Notes: a model not told the origin generated them from the letters alone. Positions 12,342-24,670 are shown, numbered from the whole stretch's first letter. The stretch is 63,139 nucleotides of DNA, filler included, from Aduncisulcus paluster (GCA_024181965.1; 30 parts of 30 records of this genome joined end to end with filler, not necessarily neighbours in it); one strand, 5' to 3'. A program made the numbers and translations.

Positions 12342-13359
12342 TAATCACTTCAAAAGACATCATTTGGACTGACATTCACCAACAATGTTTCGATAGATTG
12401 ATGGATTTACTCGAAAATAATATGAGTTTATATACATACGATAATGCATTACCACTAATTCTGAGGACAGACGCGTCCTCGTATGGTTTAGGCGGCATGC
12501 TCGTTATGGTGAAGGACGGAAAGGAGTTACCTATTAATTTCTTCGCCAAGAAATTCTCGAAACAAGAACAGAATTGGACCACTATTGAACAGGAGGCGTT
12601 CGCAGTAATATATGGTCTGAGAAAGAACAGGCAGTTTTGCTTGGGCAGGCATTTCCGAATTGAGACCGATCATAGGAATTTGACGTTTGTATTGAAAAGC
12701 GAGTCAGCAAAGTTAATGAGATGGAGACTAGAGCTTGCAGAATACACGTTTGAAATTGCTCACGTATCCGGAGTGGATAACAAGATGGCCGATTATTTAT
12801 CTAGAAAACATCAGCCAGTTAAAGAAACGGTCACCGCAAAATCATTTATTTCACCGAAGATTGAACCCTCGATTCGGGAAAAAGTTATCTCTGAACAAAA
12901 GAAGTTAACGGAAAATCCCGAGAAACTCATCAGAATTGGTGAGTTCCTGTACGATCAAGAAGGACGAATCGTCATCCCTGATGATTCGGAAGATCTACAG
13001 AAAGAGATCATACATCTGTTCCATGCTCATGTTTTGGAAGGCCATTACAGTGCTACATATACAGCGGAAAGGATCATAGAAGCTGGGTTTTATTGGAGAA
13101 ACATACGCGTAATGGTCAAAACAGAGGTCGACAAATGTCCGATTTGTCAGAAAAACAAACCTCTGCCTCCACCCCCGATCATGGGAACGATAATGAAAAG
13201 AGGAATATTTGAAGAGGTGAGCATTGATTCTTTGGGTCCAATTACTACTGATGAAGAAAACCCAATCAAATATATTATTGTGATAATCGACAATTTTTCG
13301 AGATTCGTGGAGCTAATACCATCAGAATCTACAACTGCAAAAGAAGCTGTTGATGCTTT
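12342..13359 (+). mobile_element. Ty3/Gypsy LTR-retrotransposon pol fragment (RNase H - integrase)
   Basis: RNase H TDAS..GLGG, EQEAFAV, ETDHRNL, MADYLSR followed by integrase zinc finger H..GH...CPIC and core IDSLGP..IDNFSRF; open frame throughout. Confidence 0.93.
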
Positions 13360-13460
13360 ANNNNNNNNNNNNNNNNNNNNNNNNNNNNNNNNNNNNNNNN
13401 NNNNTTAATTAATTAANNNNNNNNNNNNNNNNNNNNNNNNNNNNNNNNNNNNNNNNNNNN

Positions 13461-14746
13461 CTTTTATTTCTCCTGGATACTTTACTTTATCTTCAATCTC
13501 TTTTGCTATCTCATTTGCCATTAAAATCGATTCATCGTCATTTACAAGTTTTGCATTAACAATCACTCTAAGTTCTCTTCCTGCATTTATAGCATAAGTA
13601 TTTATTACACCTTCTTTACTTGTGGCAATAGATTCTATCTCTTCAACTCTATTTAAAAAACTTTCAAGAACTTCTCTTCTAGCCCCTGGTCGTGCTGCAC
13701 TTAATGCATCAGCAGCGCAAACAGCAGCTGATTCGATACTAGAAGCTTCTTCATGTCCATGATGCGCATAAATTGAATTGATAACCTCTTCTGGTTCTCC
13801 TAATTTTTTACATAAATCAGCACCAATATCAACATGACTTCCAGGAACATCATGTGTTAAAGCTTTTCCAATATCATGTAAAAGCCCTGCTCTTCGTGCT
13901 AAAACAGTATCTCCACCAAGCTGAGCAGCTATTAAACCTGCAAGATTTGCAACTTCCAAGGTATGCGCTAAAGCATTTTGTCCATAACTTGCACGATATC
14001 GTAATCTTCCTATTAAATAAACAAGTTCTTTATGCATATTCTTGATTCCAAGGGCAGCTATTGTTTCCTCACCCTCTTTGTCAATATTTTTATCAAACTC
14101 ATTTTTAACAGTATTGTGAACCTCTTCTATTTTTGCAGGATGTATTCGCCCATCTTTTAAAAGTAATTCAATCGTCTTAGTAGAAATTGCTCTTCTATAA
14201 AGATTAAAACTACTTACAGTTATGGTATTTGGAATATCTCCTATAATGATATCAACACCCAAACAAAACTCTAANNNNNNNNNNNNNNNNNNNNAATGAT
14301 TTTTCCTTTTGCTTCATCATCAGGAAGAGGAATATGATTTATCAATCTTTCAGCTGCAAATTCACCTGCATATCGACTTACTGCAACTGATAAAATATTG
14401 TTAATCTCTTTTGTTGACTCTTCTTTTGCAAGTTTATATTCTTTTCGAAATAAAGAAGCTATCTCAGCTCTATTATCTTCTTTTACTTGATCAAGCATAA
14501 AAGTAGTCGCTTCTGCTTTTGTTAAGCCACTCGCATTTTCTAGTATCTTTTCAACTTTTTTTATTTTAGATTCATACATCTTTTTTTGTGATTCTAAACC
14601 TACTTTTAAAGATTGTACTTCAGTTTTTGCATTTGATATTATTTGAGTATCTTTTTTATTTTGATTGAGTTGTTGATCGATAAATAACTCTAATTCATTC
14701 TGTTTTGATTCTAAATCTTTTTTTAACTTTTTAAACTCTTTTTCAT
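13461..14746 (-). CDS. rny: Ribonuclease Y, partial
   Basis: N-terminal coiled coil, KH region (KGKII..GVDII), HD domain LLHDIGK, AADALSAARPGARRE. Confidence 0.95.
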
Positions 14747-14874
14747 NNNNNNNNNNNNNNNNNNNNNNNNNNNNNNNNNNNNNNNNNNNNTTAATTAATT
14801 AANNNNNNNNNNNNNNNNNNNNNNNNNNNNNNNNNNNNNNNNNNNNCTGAACATTCGTGCCATTAGAGGACGCT

Positions 14875-15881
14875 TCAACTCACCCACTCTTGCGCTACGG
14901 CGGCCTGGTGTCTGCAGCGCTCGGGAGCCCCGAGAAGCTGCCGGTTGAACGCAATGCGCTTGAACCAGTAATGAAGGCCGAGCAGGTCCGTAAATCCGAT
15001 GCCGCCGTGAATCTCGGTCGCCAGACGGGAGATTTCGCGGCCGGCATCACCTAGATGCGCCTTTGCCTGCAGCGCGGCAACGCGAGCTTCCTCAGGAGAC
15101 CCATCCTGAGCGTGAGCCGCGTACCACACCAGCGAGCGGCACGGCTCGAGCATGGTGATGATGTCGGCGAGCGTATGCTTGACGGCTTGAAACGAGCCGA
15201 TCACGCGGTCGAATTGCACCCGCTCCTTGGAATAGAGCAGCGCCTTGTCAAACATGGACTGCGCCGCCCCTAGCGTGTCGGCCGCGAGCATGACGCGGCC
15301 AGCGTCGAGCACGGCGGTCGCCGCTGCCTTCGGATCGTTGGCGGCGCCAAGGATCTCAACCCCCGCATCATGCAGTACCAAAGCCGTCAACGGTCGTGTG
15401 CGATCAAGACTGCGATGCGTGNNNNNNNNNNNNNNNNNNNNGACCGCGGCGAACAGGCCGGCACGGCCGTCATCAAGGTAGACAATGAAATGCGTCGCGT
15501 TTCCGCCATCGAGCACACCCGTTACGCATCCGGACAGCATATTTCCGGCGAGGCGGACAGCCGCCTCGCCGGTCTGCCCCGACATGCCGGCGAACCCGAC
15601 CCCGATCCGGACTTCGCCGCTTGCGATCCGCGGCAGCCATGCTTTCTGCTGGGCGCGGTCGCCACTGGCAATCAGGGCGAGGGGGGCCATGACCAGCGCA
15701 GCCGCGAATGGCGTCGGTGTCGCGTGATATCCAAGCGCCTCCGCGGCAACAGCCGCATCAAGCAGCGAGAGGCCCAGACCCCCAAAGTCCTCGGGGACCA
15801 TGATGCCCATGATGCCCTGTTCCGTGAGGCCCGACCATAGTTCACCATCGAAGCCCAAGCCGCCCTCCGCGATCTTGCGCA
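14875..15881 (-). CDS. Acyl-CoA dehydrogenase family protein, 5'-partial (Alphaproteobacteria-like)
   Basis: VPEDFGGLG, YSKERVQFDRVIGSFQAVKH, HGGIGFT motifs. Confidence 0.92.
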
Positions 15882-15981
15882 NNNNNNNNNNNNNNNNNNN
15901 NNNNNNNNNNNNNNNNNNNNNNNNNTTAATTAATTAANNNNNNNNNNNNNNNNNNNNNNNNNNNNNNNNNNNNNNNNNNNN

Positions 15982-16215
<234 letters not shown>

Positions 16216-16223
16216 TTTTACTT

Positions 16224-16260
16224 AATATACTTCCTGAAAGATTCAGGAAGTATATTTTTT
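16224..16260 (+). terminator. Rho-independent terminator after ilvC
   Basis: AATATACTTCCTGAA-aga-TTCAGGAAGTATATT followed by T run. Confidence 0.85.
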
Positions 16261-16278
16261 GAAATAAATTTATAATTT

Positions 16279-17490
16279 ATGAAAAAACATATTAAAAAAA
16301 GAACTCCTAAAAAATTAAAAAATTCTTTACCAAAAAAATCATACAACAAACTATTTACAACTATCATTATTATTACTTTAAGTATTTTATTTGGATTACT
16401 AGTCGGCAGCTATTATGGAACAGAGATTGATAATGTTGCACATGAAATAAAAGAGATTGCAACAGTAGATGTAGAAAAAAAAGAAGAACATAAAATCACT
16501 TATGAAGAGAAAACTAAGGCTTTAGAGATTGCCTATACTAATCACATTGATAACAATATATATATAGAAAAAGCAAAAAAAATAAAAGAACCTGAACCTG
16601 TTTTTCATTTTGAAGAACCGAATCTAGAAGAGATTGATAAAAAAATCGAAGTGCATACTGAAGAATCAAGTATATTTTCACCTCAAACNNNNNNNNNNNN
16701 NNNNNNNNCTCAAACTAATAAAGAACAAAAAAAACTAATAACAAAAAAAGAACCAATTGTAGAAAAAACGAAAAAACCTAAAAGCAATAGACCAAAACTA
16801 GCAATCATTATAGATGATATGACAACTCAAAAACAAATAAACCATGTTTTAAATTTAGGTTATATTGTGAATATGGCTTTTCTCCCTCCTACTACAGGAC
16901 ATAAAAACTCCGCAAAAATAACACAATCATTAAAAAATATATATTTAATACATCTACCTTTACAAGCAAGTAGTTTTCGATATGAAGAGGAAAATACTCT
17001 CCATATAGATGATAATTTAGAAACAATAGAAAACAGAATAAAATATTTAAAAAAAATATATNNNNNNNNNNNNNNNNNNNNATCCAAATACAAAATATTT
17101 AAATAATCATACAGGAAGTAAATTTACATCAAATCAGCAAGCAATGGATAAACTATTTCAAGTATTAAAAAAATATGATTATACTTTTTTAGATAGTAGA
17201 ACAACTGCAAAATCTGTAGCTGCAAAATCTGCAAAAAAATATGGTGTGAAAATGTTTACGCGAAATATTTTTTTAGACAATAAAAAAGATAAGAAATATA
17301 TTCAAAATCAACTTAAAAANNNNNNNNNNNNNNNNNNNNNNNNNNNNNNNNNNNNNNNNNNNNNNNNNNNNNNNNNNNNNNNNNNNNNNNNNNNNNNNNN
17401 NNNNNNNNNNNNNNNNNNNNNNNNNNNNNNNNNNNNNNNNNNNNNNNNNNNNNNNNNGATTTAGACCTAGTGTATATTGACGAATTATGA
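16279..17490 (+). CDS. Divergent polysaccharide deacetylase family protein
   Basis: N-terminal TM, PKLAIIIDD, HLPLQ, NNHTGSKFT, FLDSRTT, RNIFLDN across gaps; stop overlaps dprA start (ATGA). Confidence 0.88.
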
Positions 17491-18263
17491 TAAAAGAGGT
17501 AAATTTTCATATTGATAAACTTGATACAATGAAAAAGTATCCTAAAAGTATACATTATATCGGTAATCTTGATTTACTAAATAAACGAACAATCTCTATT
17601 GTTGGAACGAGAAAGCCAAATAATTATACGAAGCAATATACTCATGAACTAGCAAAAGCGTTAACTAAACATAATATTTGTGTGGTTAGTGGGGCGGCTA
17701 TGGGAGTTGACGCTATTGCACATAATGCAGCGACACCTCAAAATACTATTGCTGTAGCAGGAACAGGTTTAGATATAAGATATCCTGCTGTTAATAAAAA
17801 ATTGATAGAGGATATTGAAAATAATGGACTTATGTTAAGTCAATTTCCTATTAAAACACCTTCTCAAAGATATAATTTTCCTATTAGAAATGAACTAGTT
17901 GTTTCTTTAGGTGAATGTTTGATTGTTGCTCAAGCAGATGAAAATAGTGGTACTATGAGAAGTGTTGAGTTTGCCTTGAAAATGAATAAGCCTATTTTTG
18001 TATTGGCACATCGTATTGGTGAAAGTGTTGGAACAAATAAACTTTTAGAACAAAATTTAGCAACGGCTATTTATGATATTGATAAATTTATAGAAGATTT
18101 TGTTGGGTTTAAAAATGAAATAAAACATAGTGATGATTTTTTAGAGTATTGTAAAACAACACCAACTTATGATGATGTTATGCAGAAGTTTCCAGAAAAA
18201 ATTTTTGAGTATGAACTAAGTGGAAAAATACAAGTCACCAATGGACTTGTATTTGTTGTATAA
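17487..18263 (+). CDS. dprA: DNA-processing protein DprA
   Basis: IVGTRK, VSGAAMGVDAIAH, FPIRNELV, SGTMRS. Confidence 0.94.
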   Translation: MIKEVNFHIDKLDTMKKYPKSIHYIGNLDLLNKRTISIVGTRKPNNYTKQYTHELAKALTKHNICVVSGAAMGVDAIAHNAATPQNTIAVAGTGLDIRYPAVNKKLIEDIENNGLMLSQFPIKTPSQRYNFPIRNELVVSLGECLIVAQADENSGTMRSVEFALKMNKPIFVLAHRIGESVGTNKLLEQNLATAIYDIDKFIEDFVGFKNEIKHSDDFLEYCKTTPTYDDVMQKFPEKIFEYELSGKIQVTNGLVFVV

Positions 18264-18279
18264 TTAATCTCTTCAAATA

Positions 18280-18475
18280 TTATTGAAAATCGATAATTTT
18301 AAATCTACTATTTTTATATTTAGGCATACTAGTACCTGCATTTGCATTTATATAAGTTGCATCAGCAATAGTGTATTGAGTGTTTTTATAGTTAAAACTA
18401 TCTCCACTTATTTTAGAAGACAAAGCAACAGCAGTTGCTAGATGGTCACTATATTTAACCGCAACTACATCAAGT
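18280..18475 (-). CDS. Hypothetical protein C-terminal fragment (transglutaminase-like family tail)
   Basis: Manual translation ...KYSDHLATAVAL...YTIADATYINANAGTSMPKY...DFQ*. Confidence 0.55.
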
Positions 18476-18593
18476 NNNNNNNNNNNNNNNNNNNNNNNNN
18501 NNNNNNNNNNNNNNNNNNNTTAATTAATTAANNNNNNNNNNNNNNNNNNNNNNNNNNNNNNNNNNNNNNNNNNNNTGATATAATCCTTGCTTT

Positions 18594-18713
18594 GTCATTG
18601 CGAGGAGCGAAGCGACGAAGCGATCCACCGCTCCGCCTATGCGGTGGCACGGATTGCTTCGCGGAGCCTGTCATCCGGCGGCGCTTCGCGCCGACCGGGT
18701 GGCTCGCAACGAC
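18594..18713. repeat. Rhizobial (Bradyrhizobium-type) intergenic palindromic repeat, REP/RIME-like, with nested hairpin
   Basis: GTCATTGCGAG...GCGACGAAGCGATCC pairs with GGATTGCTTCGC...CTCGCAACGAC; inner CCGG..GGCGCTTCGCGCC..CCGG hairpin. Confidence 0.75.
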
Positions 18714-18741
18714 GGTGGATAGGTTCTGGAGTAAACACGTC

Positions 18742-19658
18742 TTGGAACTGCACCAGCTTCGCTGCTTCGTGGCGGCTGCCGAGGAACTGCATTTCGGCCG
18801 CGCCGCGCAACGCCTGCAGATGATGCCGTCGGCGCTCGGCCGTCACATCAAGCTGCTGGAAGAGGACCTCGGCGCGCGGTTGTTCGCGCGCACCACGCGT
18901 GCGGTGTCGCTGACCGAGGACGGCGCAACGTTGCTGCGCGAGGGGCGTGCGCTGCTCAGCCGCGCCGAGGCGATCGAGGATGGCTTTCGCCGCTGGCTGC
19001 GCAAGCCGCAGGCGCGGCGCTTCCGGATCGGCGCGATCGACAGCGCCGCGGCCGGCTTGCTGCCGCCGCTGCTGCGCGACGTCCGCGCCGCCCATCCCGA
19101 CGTTGCCGTGCAATTGCTCGAGGAGAAGACGATCCGGCTGCTGCCGAAGCTATTGTCCGGTGCGCTCGATCTCGCGTTCGTGCGCCCGCCGGAGCNNNNN
19201 NNNNNNNNNNNNNNNATCGAGTTTTTTCCTCTGCTGCAGGAGACCGCCGTGGTGGCGCTGTCGCACAAGCATGGACTGGCGCGGCGCAAGCAGATCGTGT
19301 TGCCCGATATCGCCGATCAGCCGTTGATCGTGCCCGAGCGCCGCTCGCGGCCGCACAGCCACGACCTCACGACCAAGCTGTTCGACGAGGCCGGGTTGAC
19401 GCCGAACATCCAGGAGATCGCCGACGAAAAGCAGACCATCGTCAACATGGTCGCGGCACGGCTTGGCGTTGCCATCGTGCCGCGCTGGACCGCGCGGATG
19501 GCGATCCCGGGCGTGCGTTTCGTTCCCCTCAGGCTCAAACGCGGCAGCGCCGCCGGCCGCCTGCCGCTCGCCGCCGCCTGGCTGAAAGGCTCCCGCGATC
19601 CGGTCCGCGACCAGGTGATCGCGGTGCTGGAGGCAAGGTTGAAGAGTTACGCGAGGGA
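18742..19658 (+). CDS. LysR-family transcriptional regulator (Bradyrhizobium-like), near complete
   Basis: TTG start, [39 protein letters not shown]2 substrate domain. Confidence 0.93.
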
Positions 19659-19757
19659 NNNNNNNNNNNNNNNNNNNNNNNNNNNNNNNNNNNNNNNNNN
19701 NNTTAATTAATTAANNNNNNNNNNNNNNNNNNNNNNNNNNNNNNNNNNNNNNNNNNN

Positions 19758-20073
19758 NGCCAAGGACATTATGTTCCAGTATACAGACACGGAAAAATCG
19801 CCTTGGTATGTCATTGAGTCAGATTTTAAAAGAAATGCCAGAATAAACTGTATCAGCCACCTCTTAAGTCAGTTTGACTATGAGTATACGGAACCTAAAA
19901 AACTTAAGCTTCCAGAACGCCAGGATGAAACGGGATACGTCCGCCCACCTATTACCGACCAGAAATTTGTACCGGATGTTGCAACAGATCTCATGGAAAA
20001 AATGAAAAAATCCGGAGACGACGGACATAAAAAGAAATCCAAAAAAGATAAGGATAAAAAGAAAGACAAGTAG
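19758..20073 (+). CDS. ppk2: Polyphosphate kinase 2, C-terminal fragment with Lys-rich tail
   Basis: MFQYTDTEKSPWYVIESDFKRNARINCISHLLSQFDY. Confidence 0.88.
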
Positions 20074-20094
20074 ACTAAAGCTAATTTAAAGGCA

Positions 20095-20130
20095 AAAGGC
20101 CCCAAAAGAACAAAATCTTTTGGGGCCTTT
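20095..20130. terminator. Bidirectional terminator between convergent ppk2 and MerR genes
   Basis: AAAGGCCCCAAAAGA-acaaaa-TCTTTTGGGGCCTTT perfect 15-bp stem. Confidence 0.85.
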
Positions 20131-20142
20131 CATCTTTGCAGT

Positions 20143-20872
20143 TTAACTGTTTTCTGTTGAGTAGGCCATTGCCTTAGCCAGGAACTCAGGAAGACCTGTT
20201 CCAAACTTGCTGATGTTTTTATGAAAGCGTTCATCTTCCACATACATCTGTCCAAGTCCGCGGAACATTTCATCTGAGCAGTCGTAAAACTGATTCATAT
20301 AAGACCTTAACTCTTCCATAAGCTTTTGAACGGCTTTGTCCTCTACCTTCCTGTCCATCACNNNNNNNNNNNNNNNNNNNNNNNNNNNNNNNNNNNNNNN
20401 NNNNNNNNNNNNNNNNNNNNNNNNNNNNNNNNNNNNNNNNNNNNNNNNNNNNNNNNNNNNNNNNNTGTCCATCACTGCCGCTGTTCTGGTAAAAATATCT
20501 TCCAGCTGTTCTTGTAAAACTTCCGGGTTATCAAGCCCCTTGTCCCTTAATCTTTTTTCTGAGGCTTCTACAATCTGCACGCCCCATTTTGCCTTAGCTT
20601 CTTCTTTATAAGCTTCCAGCTCCGCTTTGCTAAGTCCGTCAAATTTATCTTTCATAATAACCATGTCTCCTCCTTGCGCTTCGTCAATGCAACGGTCTAT
20701 TGTTTTCAAGAGTCTTGCAAGTCTCCTTTTTTCTTTTTCGAGCAGAGTCCGATGCATTTGCAAGGCTTCCAGTCGGTTATACTCCGGACTGTCAAGAATA
20801 CGCTTAATATCGTCAAGGCTGAAATCCAGCTCCTTGAAAAATAGTATCTGCTGTAATATTTCCAGCTCCTTC
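20143..20872 (-). CDS. MerR-family regulator with TipAS domain, 5'-partial
   Basis: LQQILFFKELDFSLDDIK (manual), EAKAKWG, FRGLGQMYVEDERF...GLPEFLAKAM. Confidence 0.9.
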
Positions 20873-20972
20873 NNNNNNNNNNNNNNNNNNNNNNNNNNNN
20901 NNNNNNNNNNNNNNNNTTAATTAATTAANNNNNNNNNNNNNNNNNNNNNNNNNNNNNNNNNNNNNNNNNNNN

Positions 20973-21345
20973 CGATCGCGGCCATGATCGGGGCCAGCTC
21001 GCGGGTGTTCACCAGTGAGGAAATGATGCCGGTCGCCGGACCGAGTCCCAGCAGGTCCAGGAAGTTGTAGCCCTCGATGGCCACCAATCCACCGGCGATG
21101 ATGCCGAGGACGATCATGACGCCGGCGGTGCCGCCGCCGACCACCAGGGAACCGTTGCCCCAGGCGATATCGGACAGGTGCCGCAGGAACTCTTTCCAAT
21201 AGTGGCGGAACACGATGGGGACGCCGGAGATGGCGCGGAAGAAGAAGGCGACCATATGGCCCAGCCGGGTGATCGGCTTCTGGGCCCTGTTGTAGATGCC
21301 GACGAACGGTCGCGCAATCGGGGGTACATAAGTTGATGCGGTCAT
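20973..21345 (-). CDS. yrbEB: Mce-associated ABC permease YrbEB, 3'-partial (Mycobacterium)
   Basis: LSDIAWGNGSLVVGGGT, NTRELAP. Confidence 0.9.
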
Positions 21346-21346
21346 G

Positions 21347-22231
21347 TCACAGCCCCGTCCGCGGGAACATCATGATGTAGAGCTGACTGATGGCGAGGTT
21401 CACCGTCATCAGCAGCAGGATCGATTCGACGACGGCCGCGTTCACCGAGTTGGCGACGCCGATCGGGCCGCCCTTGGTGGACAGGCCCTTCTGGCAGGCG
21501 ACCACCGCCACGATCGCTCCGTAGATGACGGCCTTGATGANNNNNNNNNNNNNNNNNNNNNNNNNNNNNNNNNNNNNNNNNNNNNNNNNNNNNNNNNNNN
21601 NNNNNNNNNNNNNNNNNNNNNNNNNNNNNNNNNNNNNNNNNNNNNNNNNNNNNNNNNNNNNNNNNNNNNNNNNNNNNNNNNNNNNNNNNNNNNNNNNNNN
21701 NNNNNNNNNNCATGTCGCCGGGGGTCGCGAAGGCGGAGAAGGTAGTGACGAAGCTGCCGGGGGCACCGTTCTGCCAATACACATTGAAGAGGTATGCGCC
21801 GAGGAAGCCGACGAAGCAGACGACCCCGGTCAGTGCGATACCGATCATGATGGCGGCGGCGAAGCGGGGGACGACGAGCCGCCGGATCACCGAGACACCC
21901 ATGACCTCCATGGCATCGGTCTCTTCGCGCATGGTCCGTGAGCCGAGGTCGGCCGTGATGGCCGAACCCACCGCGGCGGACATCAACAGGGCGGCCACGA
22001 GGGAGGCGGCCTGCCGGATGATCGCGATACCGCTGGCGGCACCGGCCAGCGAGGTGGCACCCACCTGGCCCGCGAGCAGTGCGAACTGGATGGAGAGCGT
22101 GACACCGATGGGCAGGGTGACCAGGATGACGGGGATGACGGCGGTGCCGGCTTGGAAGGCGCCCTGTCTGACGAACTCCTGCCACTGGAACTGTCCGGTG
22201 AACAGATCGACGAAGAACCATTGGATGGTGC
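21347..22231 (-). CDS. yrbEA: Mce-associated ABC permease YrbEA, 5'-partial (Mycobacterium)
   Basis: GSAITADLGSRTMREETDAMEVMG, KGGPIGVANSVNAAVV. Confidence 0.92.
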
Positions 22232-22331
22232 NNNNNNNNNNNNNNNNNNNNNNNNNNNNNNNNNNNNNNNNNNNNTTAATTAATTAANNNNNNNNNNNNN
22301 NNNNNNNNNNNNNNNNNNNNNNNNNNNNNNN

Positions 22332-22722
22332 TATCTTGCATTATATTTAAAAGGATTTTTTTGTCAGTACCAAAACTTTTAACAAACTCATAATATTTAT
22401 CTAAATTTTGTATATCATTTAATGGGATTCTAATGATTAACGACTTTACTCCAAGCTCTTCTATAAGCTCTTGTTGAAACTCACCTTGATCTAAGTTTAC
22501 ACCCAAACCATAGAACTCCTCTTTCGAAAAATCTTTGGACTGTTTTTTAGTGAATATTTTCATCAATGAAACAGATAATGGAAACATAAAAAGTGTCGTT
22601 CCTAACATTTTTAAAAAGTCATTTTTATATCTTTTTCTCATTGTTTTTTTGTATGATTTATCTCTAATAACATGCGGTTGATCTGAATATTCATCCCATA
22701 CAAATGGTGTTTTTTGTTCCAT
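22332..22722 (-). CDS. Putative glycosyl hydrolase, 3'-partial (Campylobacterota)
   Basis: WDEYSDQP N-terminus, GLGVNLD..ELGVKSLIIRIPL TIM-barrel-like start. Confidence 0.55.
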
Positions 22723-22723
22723 A

Positions 22724-23524
22724 TTATTGCTCTCTTATTCTTAAATATATAGGAAATCTAGGCTTCCCATACTTGGTGATATTTTGGTATTTGAAGGTGA
22801 TTATTGTTCCTATTTTTGGTGGATTATTTCTAAATTTATCACTCAATCCACTNNNNNNNNNNNNNNNNNNNNNNNNNNNNNNNNNNNNNNNNNNNNNNNN
22901 NNNNNNNNNTTGACTAGGAAGTTGACAAATAATAGCCCCTACTTTATCAAAATATTTACCTTTCCCTTCTGTATATCCAATAATTTTACACTCAGTATCT
23001 TTGAATTTTTTTATCTTCAAAGCTTTGTTTGTTCGCTTATTTATATACAAAGTATTAGGGTCACGAACAACAATTCCCTCACCTTTTTTCACTTCAATTT
23101 CGTCTAAAAAATCATTTTGATGTTGTTTATTTTTTATAATTATTTGTGGCAATATCTTAATATATTCATTTTCATAAGGCTTTACTTTTGCTAATCTTTG
23201 AAATAACATCCCTTTTGCATTTGGAACTTCATAAATATAATGTTTGATTTCATCCCAATTTTTTGATGGAACTTTATCTCTAACAATGGAAGAGATATTT
23301 TCAAAATCATCTCTTTTACTCCAAAGTTCACCATCTATCTCAAAGTTTGGATAGTCTTTTGTGAACCATTTTGGGGCATATATTTTTTTACCGCTTCTAG
23401 TTAATAAGTGCTTGCCATCCCAATATGCTCTTATACCATCGAGTTTTTCACTCATCACCCAACCTGTAGTATTTTGATCTTTATATGTTTTTAGAAGAAA
23501 AAGTTCAGGTTTTGAAGCCAATAA
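22724..23524 (-). CDS. Minimal ATP-dependent DNA ligase (LigE-type), 5'-partial
   Basis: SEKLDGIRAYW, IDGELW, GEGIVVR, ALKIK, OB-fold ending GKPRFP. Confidence 0.93.
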   Translation of the reverse strand, partial: LLASKPELFLLKTYKDQNTTGWVMSEKLDGIRAYWDGKHLLTRSGKKIYAPKWFTKDYPNFEIDGELWSKRDDFENISSIVRDKVPSKNWDEIKHYIYEVPNAKGMLFQRLAKVKPYENEYIKILPQIIIKNKQHQNDFLDEIEVKKGEGIVVRDPNTLYINKRTNKALKIKKFKDTECKIIGYTEGKGKYFDKVGAIICQLPSQXXXXXXXXXXXXXXXXXXXSGLSDKFRNNPPKIGTIITFKYQNITKYGKPRFPIYLRIREQ

Positions 23525-23623
23525 NNNNNNNNNNNNNNNNNNNNNNNNNNNNNNNNNNNNNNNNNNNNTTAATTAATTAANNNNNNNNNNNNNNNNNNNN
23601 NNNNNNNNNNNNNNNNNNNNNNN

Positions 23624-24670
23624 NCCCCTTCAATAATGCTGTCGATCCGTTCAGGCGTCATCTTTTCGGTTCTGGCGTCATCACTTTTGGCAGTCACTGC
23701 TTTCACTTCCACCTTGGCGTCATCATCTGCCTCGTCTGTTACTTCCTCTTCAGCAAACCTCACAACAGTTTCACACTCTGCATCTCTATATTCCTCTATT
23801 GGCGTCAATGTATTATAGCACCTTCTTAGTCTCTTATGTTCCCAATGTTCACCGAACGCGAATACCTTGCGTCTGTCGGCTTCTTTCTCTGGGACATAAT
23901 CTGGCGTCATTCTTCCCCATTTCAATTTCTTCACAGCTGGCGTTGTGGCATCAGTTTTCTTATCCTGCACATGGCGTGTTTTCTCTATCACCTCACAGAA
24001 TTCATCAAGGGTTTCCCCATCTTCAGGTGGGAGTTTCCCTACCTTTGACACATCATGTTGCAACCAATAATCATGGCTTCTTTTCAGACGTTTCCATCTT
24101 TTCTTCCACTCAGCTTCAGCATATGGCGTCAATTTCCTGTTTTTAATCACTTCATCCGTCTCACGACGTTCCCAAAAGACTTCATAGACTCGTTTTTCTT
24201 GTGGCTTCCTCTCTTTATCAAACACATCATCATAGGCCGAACCTTCCTTATCCTTATGGCATACTGTTATCATGCTATCAATTATCGCACAATATCTCAG
24301 CATGGCGCTCCGCAGTCTCTCATCATGATCGACTTTGGTGTCCAAGCTTCTCCCGTTCAATTTCACTCCCAAATTAGCAAGATCATGGCGTCCAATCAGC
24401 AGTGGCAAATCAACTGGCAAAGCATCAACCAAATAATATTTAATTAAGCAACAATGTGGCGTATATTTAGCTCTTTTTCCACAAGTCATAACAATAGTCT
24501 TCATAAAAATGGCTTCATGAGCAGTTTCACTTGCTCCACTCACAGTTTTGAAAATCAAAGGTGGCTTCACAGGTATCACAGGATATTCTTCCTGTTGCTT
24601 CTCCAAAAATAAATCTTCTCTCCAAATTCTGGCTTTGTCCCTTAACCATTCACGAGAAATCAACGAAATG
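23624..24670 (-). mobile_element. Probable retroelement polyprotein fragment (retropepsin-like protease plus long linker)
   Basis: Starts ISLISREWL (segment that follows D[S/T]G in retropepsins), flap-like KTVSG, and LLIGRHDLANLG motif; catalytic DTG would lie just outside the contig. Confidence 0.55.
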
